Below are positions 27,927 through 37,934 of a stretch of DNA of 64,000 bases, piece after piece. A model generated the notes under the pieces. It did not search any database and was not told the DNA's origin. It saw only the letters and a list, made by a program, of their open reading frames with translations. Each line of letters begins with the position of its first letter. The first letter of the stretch is position 1. The translations under genes were made by a program, and so were the position numbers. The DNA comes from an uncultured Gammaproteobacteria bacterium. Lineage in GTDB: Bacteria > Pseudomonadota > Gammaproteobacteria > Steroidobacterales > Steroidobacteraceae. The stretch is taken from assembly GCA_963705405.1 (NCBI GenBank), contig CAVPJJ010000003.1:96760-160759 (forward strand), written 5' to 3'.

Positions 27927-29479
27927 CGGATCCGTCCGATGAAGTCAGGCATGGTGATCGCCAGCTGCGCTTCGGCCGTGAAGGATTGTGTCCCCCGCGT
28001 GTACTGTGCCACGACCTTGACGAAGCCGCTGTTCTCGGCCGAGAAATTGCGCAGTGGGTTGGGACCGTAGGTGCCGACAGGCAGGTAGATGCCATTCGGC
28101 AGGATGCCACCGGCCCAGCGCAGGTCATCGTCGTCCACCCGTGTCGTTTCTTCGGCCAGCGTGAAGCTGGCAGGAACCGGCCCGAGGGCCACGCCGTCCG
28201 TGCCATCGTCGCCATTCGCGTAGGCAATCGCCTCGAACTGGACGCCTTCGGCCGGGTAGTGCAGTCCGCCGGACAAGCGCGCACGCCCCATGGCCGGCTT
28301 CACGACAATGCGGTCGATCCGTGACGCGAGTTTCACGGTCCCGGCATCGAGGCCTTTCACCTTCAGCCGGGCTTCGCCGGGCTGCGCAGCGTTGCTCAGG
28401 ACCTCGATGTCGAGCACGTCGGGCGCCACACGCCTGGCGCCGAGCACCTCGACCGATCCGCCGGCGAAGGACACGTCGCGCACCGTGACATCGGGCAGAT
28501 TCAGACCCTCGACGGTCAGCGTAGTCTTCTCGCCGGCGAGCAGAAATCCCGGCAGGATCCTTGCAATGATGGCGCCGTCACCCTTGCGCAGCCATCTGGC
28601 GCTGGAAGTGCGGAAGTTCGGAGCGGGGAAATGATTTTCGCCGCGGATTTCGTCGCCGGAAACCAGGTAAGCGCCATTTGCGGCAAATCCATTGTTCCTG
28701 GTCCGCGTGCGAAGCGCGTACCCGCCATACAGTGTGCCCTCGCCGTCGAAGGTTTCGGAGGTGCCATCGGCATAAGCGAGGTGACCCGTGAGCTTGTACT
28801 CGGCATTGCCGACGTCCGAGATGCGGGCTTCGCCCCGGTAGGTTCCGCGACCCGGCTGGTAGCCGAACACGCCCCACACGCCGTCAAGCCGGACCTTCGG
28901 GGCCGACCACGCCTTGCCGTAAGGCAACTTGCCGTCCAGGTAGCTGAGCACCGCGTCGGCCTCCGAAATCCAGTGCATCTCGCGCATCTGCGCGATGACC
29001 GTGGGCACGACGAAGAGGTGGAAATCCCTGAGCTTCGCCCAGTGTCCCGCGGTCCTCCGGTACGAATAGATCTTGCCCGCGGTGTGGCACCGCACGCAGG
29101 TCGCGAACAGCCGTTCCTCGGCGCTGTCGGCGGGAACTTCCATCTGCTGGGAGTTGTGCCAGAGACTCAGGTAGGACACCTGAGCCTGCTCCTCCGGTGT
29201 GAGGATCTGGGTGGCACAAAGTTCTTTCAGGAGGGTGTCCATGTCTCCCTTCCCAAGAGGCATGCCGTGCAGCCGACTCATCCGGTCGACGATGACCGTC
29301 CATTCCTCTGGCGTCGTTCGCAGGTCCTCCACGCGCGGAATCCTGCCGCTCGCTGCAGGGATATGACAGCCGCTGCACTTCCGCCACACCAGCGAATCCT
29401 GACTGAATGCCTGCACGCTGCCGGCCACGGCCAGCAGCGCCAGGCCGGTGGCGATTCCCATCATCTTGATGTATCGCAT
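27923..29479 (-). CDS. qhpA: Quinohemoprotein amine dehydrogenase alpha subunit (dihaem cytochrome c).
   Basis: Starting from the internal Met codon 11 of track ORF 27923..29509: MRYIKMMGIATGLALLAVAGSVQA is a signal peptide. It has two haem motifs, CSGCH and CVRCH, and a large C-terminal beta-rich region. Confidence 0.88.
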   Translation of the reverse strand: MRYIKMMGIATGLALLAVAGSVQAFSQDSLVWRKCSGCHIPAASGRIPRVEDLRTTPEEWTVIVDRMSRLHGMPLGKGDMDTLLKELCATQILTPEEQAQVSYLSLWHNSQQMEVPADSAEERLFATCVRCHTAGKIYSYRRTAGHWAKLRDFHLFVVPTVIAQMREMHWISEADAVLSYLDGKLPYGKAWSAPKVRLDGVWGVFGYQPGRGTYRGEARISDVGNAEYKLTGHLAYADGTSETFDGEGTLYGGYALRTRTRNNGFAANGAYLVSGDEIRGENHFPAPNFRTSSARWLRKGDGAIIARILPGFLLAGEKTTLTVEGLNLPDVTVRDVSFAGGSVEVLGARRVAPDVLDIEVLSNAAQPGEARLKVKGLDAGTVKLASRIDRIVVKPAMGRARLSGGLHYPAEGVQFEAIAYANGDDGTDGVALGPVPASFTLAEETTRVDDDDLRWAGGILPNGIYLPVGTYGPNPLRNFSAENSGFVKVVAQYTRGTQSFTAEAQLAITMPDFIGRIR

Positions 29480-29505
29480 CGTCGGTCCCTCTGAAGGGTC
29501 GCCAT

Positions 29506-30463
29506 TCACCCCTGCAGCCGTGCCCAGACCTCGCGGTCGCGTTCCATGGTCCAGATGTGAGGCCAGTCGACGCCGTCCAGCTCGTCCCAGAGCCGCTGCA
29601 CGTTGAAGGGCAGGCAGTGCTCGAAGATCGGCCAGCGGCCGAACTTCGGCGCAAGCTTCGCGTGAGTGGCCGCGAATGCGTCGCGCAGCGTCCCCTGCCG
29701 TCCGTGCACAGCGCCGACCTCGTCGATCATCCCGTGCAGGAATTCGCGCGTCTGCTCGATGGCGGCATCGCAGGCGGCGGTGCCCCGTGCGACTGCGCCA
29801 CGCCCGCCGACCAACGCCTCGGCCCGCAGCGCCTTGACCCGGTCGAGCGTGTCGCCCACCCAGTCGCGATGAAATGCATCGCCCGTGTAAAGCGCCGCCT
29901 GCGCCTCGACCAGGTCGCCGGCGAACAGCACCTTGTGCCGGTCGTACCAGGCGACGATGTCACCAGCCGTGTGGCCGCGGCCAAGGAACTGCAACTCGAG
30001 TTGACCGCGATCGCCGCCCAGTTCGATGGTCAGGCGGTCCCTGAAAGTGACTTGCGGCCAGGTGAGTCCCGGTATCGAGTCGGGCTCCTTGAAAAGACGC
30101 GGCATGCGGCCCAGCTCGCTCGCCCAGTCCTGCATTCCGCGTTCGGCGATGAGCCGGCGCGTCATCGCACTGCTGATGATGGTACTGGTGTCGAACGCGC
30201 TCGCGCCGAGCACGCGTACCGCGTGGTAGTGGGTGAGCACGAGATACTTGATCGGTTTGTCGGTGTGCGCGCGCAACTGGGCGATCCATTCGCGCGCGAC
30301 GACGGGTGTCGCCCGTGCCTCAATGCAGACGAGGAAAGTCCTCGCCCTCGATGGCGCCGACGTTGGGATCGCCCTCGGCGGTCAGCGCATAGACGCCGTC
30401 GGCCAGGATCTCGAGTGTCTCGGTCTTCGCCACAAGGTCCGCGGATGACGCGAAGGGCTTCAT
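29506..30463 (-). pseudogene. MBL-fold (metallo-beta-lactamase superfamily) protein. As written, there is one frame break near 30335, and the first metal motif is atypical.
   Basis: The ATG at 30463 gives MKPFASSADLVAKTETLEILADGVYALTAEGDPNVGAIEGEDF. It continues in the frame of ORF 29506..30276 (..VCIEARATPVVAREWIAQLRAHTDKPIKYLVLTHYHAVRVLG..GRGHTAGD..FAGD). THYHAVR replaces the canonical HxHxDH motif. Confidence 0.65.
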
Positions 30464-30478
30464 GCCTATCGTTTCTTG

Positions 30479-31897
30479 CTAGGCGGCGGCATTAATGACC
30501 TTGATGGACGTGAAGGCCTCGAGGCCCTCCTCGCCGAACTCGCGGCCAATGCCGGAACATTTGATGCCACCGAATGGAACGTGCGGCGCGATGTCGGCGT
30601 GCTTGTTGATGTAGACGGTGTCCGGCCTCGAGACGTGCGGCGACCGCGGACAGTTGCGCGCGGTCGGAGCCCCAGCACCGAGGCGGCGAGACCGAAATCA
30701 CCGCGATTGGCGCGTGCAATCGCGTCGTCGACGTCCCGGTAGCGGAGGATTGGCAACACCGGGCCGAACTGCTCTTCGTCCACGAGCCGGGTGCCGTCCT
30801 CGATCTCGGTCATGAGTGTCACGGGATAGAAGTAGCCGGGACCGTCTATCGGCTTCGCCACCGATCAGCGCCCGGGCTCCATGCCGCTTCGCGTCCTCGA
30901 CGAGTTCGACCACCTTGCGATACTGCCGCTCGTTCTGCAGCGGGCCGAGCAGGCTGGTCTCGACCATGCCGTCGCCCACCGGCACCTTGCGGGCGATGTC
31001 GGCCAGCGCGGCGCAGGTGCGATCGAACAGGCTGTCGTGCACGTACAGCCGCTTGAGGGCGGCGCAGGTCTGCCCTGAGTTGATGAACGCGCCCCAGAAC
31101 ATGCCTTCGGCGAGCTGCTCGACATTGGCGTCCGGCAGCACCAGGCCCGGGTCGTTGCCGCCGAGCTCCAGCGTCAGCGGCTTGAGCGTCGGCGCGGCGC
31201 TCGCCATGATTTTCTTGCCGGTCGGGATCGAGCCGGTGAAGATGATCTTGCCGATGCCCGGATGCTGGCTGAGCTTCGCGCCGAGCTCGTCGCCGCCGGC
31301 GATGACGTTGACGACGCCTGGCGGCAGTGCGGCGCTGATCAGCTCGATCATGCGCAGCGTGCTGAGTGGCGTGAATGGCGAGGGCTTGATGACCACCGTG
31401 TTGCCGGTGCGGATGGCTGGCGCGATGTGCCAGATGGCGATCAGCAGGGGCCAGTTCCAGGGCGTGATCGAGCCCACGACGCCGATTGGCACCCGGTGCA
31501 TTTCGATGTGGTTCTTCGGGCTGTCCTCCAGGACCTTGACCGGGAGGGACTGGGTCGCGGTAAATCCGGCCCAGGCCGCGCAACCGCCGAGCTCGAACTC
31601 CGAGCCGAGGCCCTTGAGCGGCTTGCCCTGTTCCTTGGTCAGCAGCACCGCGAGTTCCGGCGCGTTGTCGCCGAGGACCTTGGCGATTGCCTGGCAAGCG
31701 GACGCGCGGGCCGCATCATCCGAATTGCGCCAGCTGGCGAATGCCTTCCGGGCTGCGGCGATGGCCTGCTCGAGGTGGGTTTCGGCGCCCACCGGGCACA
31801 GGCCGACACCGCCGCCGTTGGCGGGGTTCCGGATCTCCTGATAGCTGTCGGCGCCGACTCGGCGCCCGCCGATGGTCATGTCGTACTTTTGGCTCAT
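30479..31897 (-). pseudogene. NAD(P)-dependent aldehyde dehydrogenase. As written, there are three frame breaks near 30864, 30650 and 30606.
   Basis: It starts MSQKYDMTIGGRRV. It has the FTGS motif, ELGGNDP, and the catalytic Cys in GQTCAALKR. The C-terminus can be followed through ORF 30466..30861 (DGPGYFYPVTLMTEIEDGTRLVDEEQFGPVLPILRY) and ORF 30492..30719 (SDRAQLSAVAARLEAG). It ends in a third frame (TVYINKHADIAPHVPFGGIKCSGIGREFGEEGLEAFTSIKVINAAA). Confidence 0.85.
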
Positions 31898-31999
31898 GGA
31901 TGCACTGCCTGTACGTGGTGTTTATGAGATAAGTCAGCGGTCGAATGTTGACATTAGGCAGACCCGGTCAAACAGGGTCTTGGCGCAATGTGCAGCGCG

Positions 32000-32009
32000 C
32001 TTGTACAAG
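32000..32009. promoter_or_regulatory. 10-bp palindrome CTTGTACAAG in the divergent region between the ALDH-qhp operon and the AraC-regulator gene.
   Basis: Read directly from the sequence. A related CTTG-GTA-CAAG occurs at about 33083..33093, upstream of the TonB-dependent receptor gene. An inverted repeat AGACCC-N9-GGGTCT lies at 31960..31980. Confidence 0.3.
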
Positions 32010-32125
32010 AGTGCAGGCACCTTGAAACGAACGCGGCGGACCTTGCCACCGGTAACAGCCGTACGAGCCCCCCGGGCCCGGCCTTAGTTGTCCATGAGCG
32101 CCGCGAGGCGCAAGATCGGGGCGGC

Positions 32126-33076
32126 ATGTACCAGTCCTACGCCATCGCCGACTGCCGCCCTCGTGAGCGGTTCGAGAGCTTCAGGGCGCTCGTCAATGAC
32201 GTGTTCTGTCCGATGGAAGTCGTCAGCGATCGGAGCGTGCGCGATGCTTTCCGCGCGCGCATCGATGCCGTGAATCTCGGTAACGTCAATCTGGTCCGCG
32301 TGTCGACAGACCCGCTGCAGGTCCTCCGGCGGCCGCAGGATCTGGCGCACATCTCATCGCCGCCCTATCTCGTTAAATTCCAGCTCAAGGGTGAAAGCCT
32401 CTGGAGCCAGCGCGGCAGGCAGGTGCATGCCCGTCCGGGGGACTTCGTGATCGCATCCACGGCGGAACCTTATTCGCTCACATTCCGGGGCGACTACGAA
32501 ATGCCGGTGATGGTGATCCCCGACGCCATCATGCGCCGGCTGACCCCCGATCCGGACCAGTTCCTGGGGCGGAGAATGGCCGCCGAGGAAGCGGATTGCG
32601 GGCTCCTGAGCAGCTTCGTCGCGCAGATCGTCGCGCGCATGCACCAGCTGTCGGAGCCGATGGTGCACCGGATCGAGGCAAACGTGCTCGACCTGCTGGG
32701 CGCAGTGCTGAGCGCCCGTGCCAGGTCCGGCCTGCTGACCCACGAGCAATTGCTGGCCCAGGTCCAGGTCTACATTCAGGATCACCTGCATGACCGTGGA
32801 CTGGGGCCGGCGGCAATCGCTGCAGCGTTCGGCATCAGCACACGCTCGGTGCACATGCTGTTCGAGACGGAGCCGACGACGGTCGGCCGCTACATCCGGG
32901 CGCAGCGGATCGCGGCGTGCCGCCGTACGCTCGAATCGGAGCAGCCGGCGCATGCCTCGCTGACCGACGTGGCATTGCAATGGGGTTTCTACGACCTTCC
33001 CCACATGACGCGCTGCTTCCGCGAAGAGTACGGGGAGCCGCCGCGTCGGTTCCTGTCGCTCAAGCGCAACGACTGA
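32126..33076 (+). CDS. AraC-family transcriptional regulator (FeaR/QhpR-like amine-catabolism activator).
   Basis: Starting from the ATG at 32126: MYQSYAIADCRPRERFESFRALVNDVFCPMEV.. is an AraC-binding-like N-domain of the kind seen in FeaR. It has a C-terminal double HTH (..IAAAFGISTRSVHMLF..LTDVALQWGFYDLPHMTRCFREEYG). It is divergent from the ALDH-qhp operon. Confidence 0.8.
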   Translation: MYQSYAIADCRPRERFESFRALVNDVFCPMEVVSDRSVRDAFRARIDAVNLGNVNLVRVSTDPLQVLRRPQDLAHISSPPYLVKFQLKGESLWSQRGRQVHARPGDFVIASTAEPYSLTFRGDYEMPVMVIPDAIMRRLTPDPDQFLGRRMAAEEADCGLLSSFVAQIVARMHQLSEPMVHRIEANVLDLLGAVLSARARSGLLTHEQLLAQVQVYIQDHLHDRGLGPAAIAAAFGISTRSVHMLFETEPTTVGRYIRAQRIAACRRTLESEQPAHASLTDVALQWGFYDLPHMTRCFREEYGEPPRRFLSLKRND

Positions 33077-33196
33077 TTGCAGCTTGGTACAAGCCGGCTG
33101 CGCTTAACGCCAAGACGGGGCGGCTCGGGTTGACTTCAATGACCATGAAGGTGGGCTTTGCCGGCTGATCCTGGTCGGCCGGACTGAGGGGGGGAA

Positions 33197-35425
33197 ATGT
33201 CACAGAAACATCGCTCCAGCGTCCTGCTGGTCAGCACGGGTTTAGTCCTGAGCAGTAACGCCCTGGCACAGGTGACACTCGAGAGCGTAACCGTCACGGC
33301 GCAGAAGCGTGAGGAAAGCCTTCAGGATGTCGGCATATCGGTGGCCGCCATTTCCGCTGCGGAGCTTGGGCAACTGGGCGCCAGCAGGTCGGTCGACATC
33401 GCCCAGCAGGTGCCGGCCATGCAGTACTCGACCTGGACCCCCGCATTCACCACCTTCAGCCTGCGCGGCGTCTCGCAGAACAACTTTCAGGACAACCTCG
33501 AGGCGCCGGTTGCGGTGTACATGGATGGCGCGTACGTCGCCAGCATGAACGCGATCAATGGTCAGATGTTTGACCTCGAGCGCATCGAGGTGCTGCGCGG
33601 CCCCCAGGGGACCCTGTTCGGCCGCAATGCCACGGGCGGCCTGATCCACTTCCTGAGCCACCGGCCCGTCGAAACCGAAACGAACGGCTATATCGAGGCC
33701 GGCGCGGCCGACTTCGGGACCTACAGCTTCGAAGGCGCGATCGGCGGCGCATTCTCGGACCGCGTGCGTGGCCGGATCGCCGGGAGATGGGAGAAATCGG
33801 ATGGCTACCTCAAGGCTGGCACCGCGTTCGGCATTCGGGCAACCGGCCAGACCTCACAGGGTGCCGACGGCTTCGCCCTGCGCGGCATGCTACAGATCGA
33901 TGCGAGCGACGCGGTCAAGGTCGACCTGAGTGCGGCGTACTCCAAGGACGACCATGTTCCCACCGGCCAGTACGTCGTCACCCTGACTGGATTCGACGAA
34001 AACACCGGGCTCGGCGCCTTTACGAACGCATTAGACCCGGCAGACCCCGGCGCCGGCCCGATGGACTTCCCGCGCACGCCGATCACGGGCGACGTGCACC
34101 GTCACTGGTCGAATGAGGATACCTACTTCGACCGCGAGACGACCTCCTTGACCGCGCAGGTCACGGCGCGGCTTGGCGGAGCCGAGTTTGTTTCGATATC
34201 GAACTGGCTGACGCTCGACAAGTTCTACATCGAGGACGCGGCCGGTGGCTTCGGCTTTTTCCCCTACAACACCGTCGCCGCCTTCGACCAGTGGTCGCAG
34301 GAGTTCCGCCTCTCGGGGTCGGCAGAGCGGTCGCGCTGGCAAGTGGGTGCGTATTACCTCGACATGAAGTGGGACACGTTCCAGAGCGTCGAGGGCGCCC
34401 TGATTCTCGGCGGCACCAGCGACGCGCAGAAGATGACCACCCTTGGCCTGGTGAATTCCAAGAACTGGTCGGTGTTTGGCCAGGCCGAGTTCGACCTCGC
34501 GGACCGCTGGACGCTGATCGGAGGGCTGCGCTGGTCGCAGGATGACAAGAACATCGCGATGCGGCGCATTTATGAGGACGCGCTCAACAGCATTCCGCCG
34601 ACCGAGATCTTCAACATCAGCGATGTCGCGATACCTGGCGTCGACAAGATCAATTACGGGGACTATGCGGCGCGCCTGCAGCTCAATTTCAAGCCGGGCA
34701 AGGACACGCTTCTCTATGCCGCCTACAACCGCGGCATCAAGGGCGGCAACTGGTCACTTGACCCGCTGGGCGGCGTCGCGGACGAGAATCTGAAGCACAA
34801 GGAAGAGGTTCTGCAGGCTCTCGAGCTTGGCTGGAAGACCGAGTTCTGGAACGGCGCCGCGAGGTTAAACACCTCGGTGTTCTACTACGACTATGAGGAC
34901 TACCAAGCCTTCTCGCTCGTGGGCCTGACGCCGCAGGTGACGAACTCAAATGCCGATGCCCAGGGTGGCGAGATCGAGCTCACATTGTCGCCCACGCAAG
35001 GCCTCAACCTGATGTTCGGAGCCGCGTTCATCGACTCCACGGTCGATGCCGTCCCCGACGTGTTCGGCGGCACGGTGAAGGCGGAGTTCCCGACCGCACC
35101 GGGCATGAGCCTGAACCTGCTAGCGAGATATGAGTGGCCAGCCTTTGGCGGCAACCTCGCCGTGCAGTTTGACGGCAAGTGGAACGACGACCAGTTCCTC
35201 GAGGGTACGAACTCCGAGGTGTCGTTCGAGCCCGCCTACTCGGTGTGGAATGCGAGTCTCTCGTACGCGGCCAGTGATGGTGGATTCGGCATGTCAGTCT
35301 ACGCGCGCAACCTGTTCGACGAGGAATATCGCTTGTACGACCTCGACCTCGGGCTGATCGGCTTCATCGAACAGGCTTTCGGCCCGCCACGGCAGTTGGG
35401 CGTGACGGTTTCCTACCGATTCTAG
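33197..35425 (+). CDS. TonB-dependent outer-membrane receptor.
   Basis: It has a signal peptide, the plug-domain sequence LESVTVTAQKREESLQDVGISV..IEVLRGPQGTLFGRNATGG, and a long beta-barrel with a terminal aromatic residue (..VTVSYRF). It is 742 aa and intact. Confidence 0.85.
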   Translation: MSQKHRSSVLLVSTGLVLSSNALAQVTLESVTVTAQKREESLQDVGISVAAISAAELGQLGASRSVDIAQQVPAMQYSTWTPAFTTFSLRGVSQNNFQDNLEAPVAVYMDGAYVASMNAINGQMFDLERIEVLRGPQGTLFGRNATGGLIHFLSHRPVETETNGYIEAGAADFGTYSFEGAIGGAFSDRVRGRIAGRWEKSDGYLKAGTAFGIRATGQTSQGADGFALRGMLQIDASDAVKVDLSAAYSKDDHVPTGQYVVTLTGFDENTGLGAFTNALDPADPGAGPMDFPRTPITGDVHRHWSNEDTYFDRETTSLTAQVTARLGGAEFVSISNWLTLDKFYIEDAAGGFGFFPYNTVAAFDQWSQEFRLSGSAERSRWQVGAYYLDMKWDTFQSVEGALILGGTSDAQKMTTLGLVNSKNWSVFGQAEFDLADRWTLIGGLRWSQDDKNIAMRRIYEDALNSIPPTEIFNISDVAIPGVDKINYGDYAARLQLNFKPGKDTLLYAAYNRGIKGGNWSLDPLGGVADENLKHKEEVLQALELGWKTEFWNGAARLNTSVFYYDYEDYQAFSLVGLTPQVTNSNADAQGGEIELTLSPTQGLNLMFGAAFIDSTVDAVPDVFGGTVKAEFPTAPGMSLNLLARYEWPAFGGNLAVQFDGKWNDDQFLEGTNSEVSFEPAYSVWNASLSYAASDGGFGMSVYARNLFDEEYRLYDLDLGLIGFIEQAFGPPRQLGVTVSYRF

Positions 35426-35427
35426 AC

Positions 35428-36714
35428 ATGCAGGCGGCGCTAGCGGAACTCGAGCCGATCGAACGGGCCTCGACCTCGGAGCTTCGCGCCCTGCAACTCG
35501 AACGCCTGCAATGGTCGCTGCGGCATGCGTATGAGAACGTTGTCCACTATCGGCAGGCCTTCGACGCGGCGGGTGTGCATCCCGGCGACCTGCGGTCTCT
35601 CGAGGATCTTGCCCGCTATCCGTTCCTGACCAAGCAGGATTTTCGCGTCAACTACCCGTTCGGCCTGTTTGCAGTACCGCGTGAGCGCGTCGTGCGGATT
35701 CATGCCTCGTCCGGCACGACCGGCAAGCCGACGGTCGTCGGCTACACGGCGCGGGATATCGACATCTGGACAGGGCTCGTCGCCCGCTCGATCCGGGCCG
35801 CCGGGGGGCGGCCGGGCGACATGGTGCACGTGGCTTATGGTTACGGGCTGTTCACTGGCGGTCTCGGCGCACACTACGGCGCCGAGCGCCTCGGCTGCAC
35901 CGTGATCCCGATGTCCGGCGGTGCCACAGAGCGACAGGTTTCGCTGATCCGGGACTTCGGCCCGCGGATCATCATGGTCACTCCCTCGTACATGCTGGCG
36001 ATTGCCGACGAGTTCGAAAGGCAGGGGCTCGACCCACGCCGGTGCTCGCTCGAGATCGGCATCTTCGGTGCCGAACCGTGGACCGAAGGCATGCGCGCGG
36101 TGATCGAGGAGAGGCTCGACCTTTCCGCCGTGGACATCTACGGCCTGTCCGAGGTGATGGGACCGGGTGTCGCGCAGGAGTGCGCCGAGTCCAAGGACGG
36201 CCCCTGTGTCTGGGAGGATCACTTCTACCCGGAGATCATCGATCCTGTGAACGGGGTGGTGCTGCCAGACGGCGAGGAGGGCGAGCTCGTGTTTACGTCC
36301 CTCACCAAGGAAGCCCTGCCGGTAATCCGCTACCGCACCCGGGATCTCACGCGGTTGCTGCCCCCGACGGCGCGCTCAATGCGCCGCATTGCCAAGATCA
36401 CGGGCCGCTCGGACGACATGCTGATCATCCGCGGCGTCAACGTCTTTCCGACCCAGATCGAAGAAGCGATATTGCGCTGCGCCGGTCTTGCGCCCCATTT
36501 TTATCTTGAGGTGACCCGCGACAAGGCGCTGGATGACCTGATGGTCGTTGTTGAGGGCCAGGCTGGCGCCGATGCCGCCAGCGCGGCGCGTGGACTCGCC
36601 CAGTGCGTCAAGACACTGGTCGGTATCACTGTGCGGGTCAATGTGCTTCCGCCGGGCGGCGTCGAGCGATCCCAGGGCAAGGCGAAGCGCATAATCGACC
36701 ACCGCAAGCTATGA
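35428..36714 (+). CDS. paaK: Phenylacetate-CoA ligase.
   Basis: It contains FLTKQDFRVNYPFGLFAVP, the SSGTTGKPT AMP-binding motif, and YGLSEVMGPGVAQEC. It is 428 aa and starts 2 nt after the receptor gene stop. Confidence 0.9.
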   Translation: MQAALAELEPIERASTSELRALQLERLQWSLRHAYENVVHYRQAFDAAGVHPGDLRSLEDLARYPFLTKQDFRVNYPFGLFAVPRERVVRIHASSGTTGKPTVVGYTARDIDIWTGLVARSIRAAGGRPGDMVHVAYGYGLFTGGLGAHYGAERLGCTVIPMSGGATERQVSLIRDFGPRIIMVTPSYMLAIADEFERQGLDPRRCSLEIGIFGAEPWTEGMRAVIEERLDLSAVDIYGLSEVMGPGVAQECAESKDGPCVWEDHFYPEIIDPVNGVVLPDGEEGELVFTSLTKEALPVIRYRTRDLTRLLPPTARSMRRIAKITGRSDDMLIIRGVNVFPTQIEEAILRCAGLAPHFYLEVTRDKALDDLMVVVEGQAGADAASAARGLAQCVKTLVGITVRVNVLPPGGVERSQGKAKRIIDHRKL

Positions 36715-37919
36715 AGGCGATCGCCATGCCGAGTAATCTTCATTCGCGACCCGCTCCGTCGGGTTATTTCCGGCGGCACGAAGGACTTGCTGGTCTGGCG
36801 GTCGCCTTCACGCTCCTGATGACGGGCGGCGCGGCCGAAGCCCAGCTGCAACCCGAACCGCTGGTGCGACAGGACTTGCCGGCAACCGGCAGCGCACATT
36901 GGGTGTGGGTCAACGACATCGTTTTTCATCACATGGCGGACGGCAAGGCGTTCCTGTTCGATGGCGACAGCGGGAACATGCTCGGCATGCTGAGCACTGG
37001 TTTTGGCTTCGGCGGCGTGGTGGTCCCCGGCAATGGTTCCGTAATCGCTTCGCCAGAGACTTATTTCTCGCGCGGGACTCGTGGCACGCGCACTGACGTC
37101 GTAACGCTTTATGATTCGCGAACGCTCGACCCGATCGAGGAGATCGTGATTCCGGCCAAGCGCGCAAGCACCATGCCGATGCGTGCATCTGCGGCGCTTA
37201 CAGACGACGACCGCTTCCTGCTGATCTACAATTTCACGCCCGCACAGTCCGTCACCGTGGTCGACCTGCGCGCGCGCAAGTTTGTCGGCGAGGTGGGCAC
37301 GCCGGGCTGCGCGCTGGTCTATCCGACCGGCCCACGAAGTTTTTTCTCGCTTTGCGGCGACGGTACGGCGCTCGCTATCCAGCTGGACGATGCCGGCCTG
37401 GCCATCGCCATGGAACGCACGCCGAGCTTGTTCGATGCCGAGCAGGATCCGGTGACCGAGAAAGCGGTGCGTGACGGCGAAACCTGGCTGTTTGCTTCGT
37501 TCGCCGGCGACATCGTCCCCGTTGAGACGGTCGAAGGCAGGACGCGCGCCGGGGTGCGTTGGTCGCTGACGACCGCGGAGGAGCGCAAGGAAGGCTGGAA
37601 GCCTGGCGGCTTGCAGCACCTGGCTCTGCATGTGGCGAGCCGGCGCCTCTACAGCCTGATGCACAAAGGAGGGCCGGATTCGCACAAGGACCCCGGCTCG
37701 GAGATCTGGGTGTACGATCTGGCGAGCCGTGAGCGAAAGCAGCGAATCATGCTGGAGGCGCCATTGACGTCCATCGCCGTGACCGGTGACGATGCTCCGT
37801 TGTTGTTCGGCCTCTTCATTGCGGCACCGGAGCTGCGCGTCTTCGACGCCAGGACGGGCGCCGCGCTGCGGACGACGGGCGAGGTCGGCTTTTCGCCGAC
37901 GATCCTCGTCACCTATTAA
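36711..37919 (+). CDS. mauB: TTQ-dependent (methylamine/aromatic) amine dehydrogenase heavy chain (beta-propeller).
   Basis: The ATG at 36711 overlaps the paaK stop (ATGA). It has a signal sequence and the MauB-like sequence WVWVNDIVFHHMADGKAFLFDGDSGNMLGML..ETYFSRGTRGTRTDVVTLYD. Confidence 0.85.
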   Translation: MKAIAMPSNLHSRPAPSGYFRRHEGLAGLAVAFTLLMTGGAAEAQLQPEPLVRQDLPATGSAHWVWVNDIVFHHMADGKAFLFDGDSGNMLGMLSTGFGFGGVVVPGNGSVIASPETYFSRGTRGTRTDVVTLYDSRTLDPIEEIVIPAKRASTMPMRASAALTDDDRFLLIYNFTPAQSVTVVDLRARKFVGEVGTPGCALVYPTGPRSFFSLCGDGTALAIQLDDAGLAIAMERTPSLFDAEQDPVTEKAVRDGETWLFASFAGDIVPVETVEGRTRAGVRWSLTTAEERKEGWKPGGLQHLALHVASRRLYSLMHKGGPDSHKDPGSEIWVYDLASRERKQRIMLEAPLTSIAVTGDDAPLLFGLFIAAPELRVFDARTGAALRTTGEVGFSPTILVTY

Positions 37920-37934
37920 CCGGGAGGTCAATCC

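Noticed and set aside
31981-31995. A possible sigma-54 promoter (TGGCGCAATGTGCA) upstream of the AraC regulator gene.
   Set aside because: The GG-to-GC spacing is two nucleotides short of the -24/-12 consensus, and the -12 element is poor.
33079-33101. The GCAGC..GCTGC inverted repeat after the AraC gene as an intrinsic terminator.
   Set aside because: The stem is short and imperfect, and no T-tract follows.
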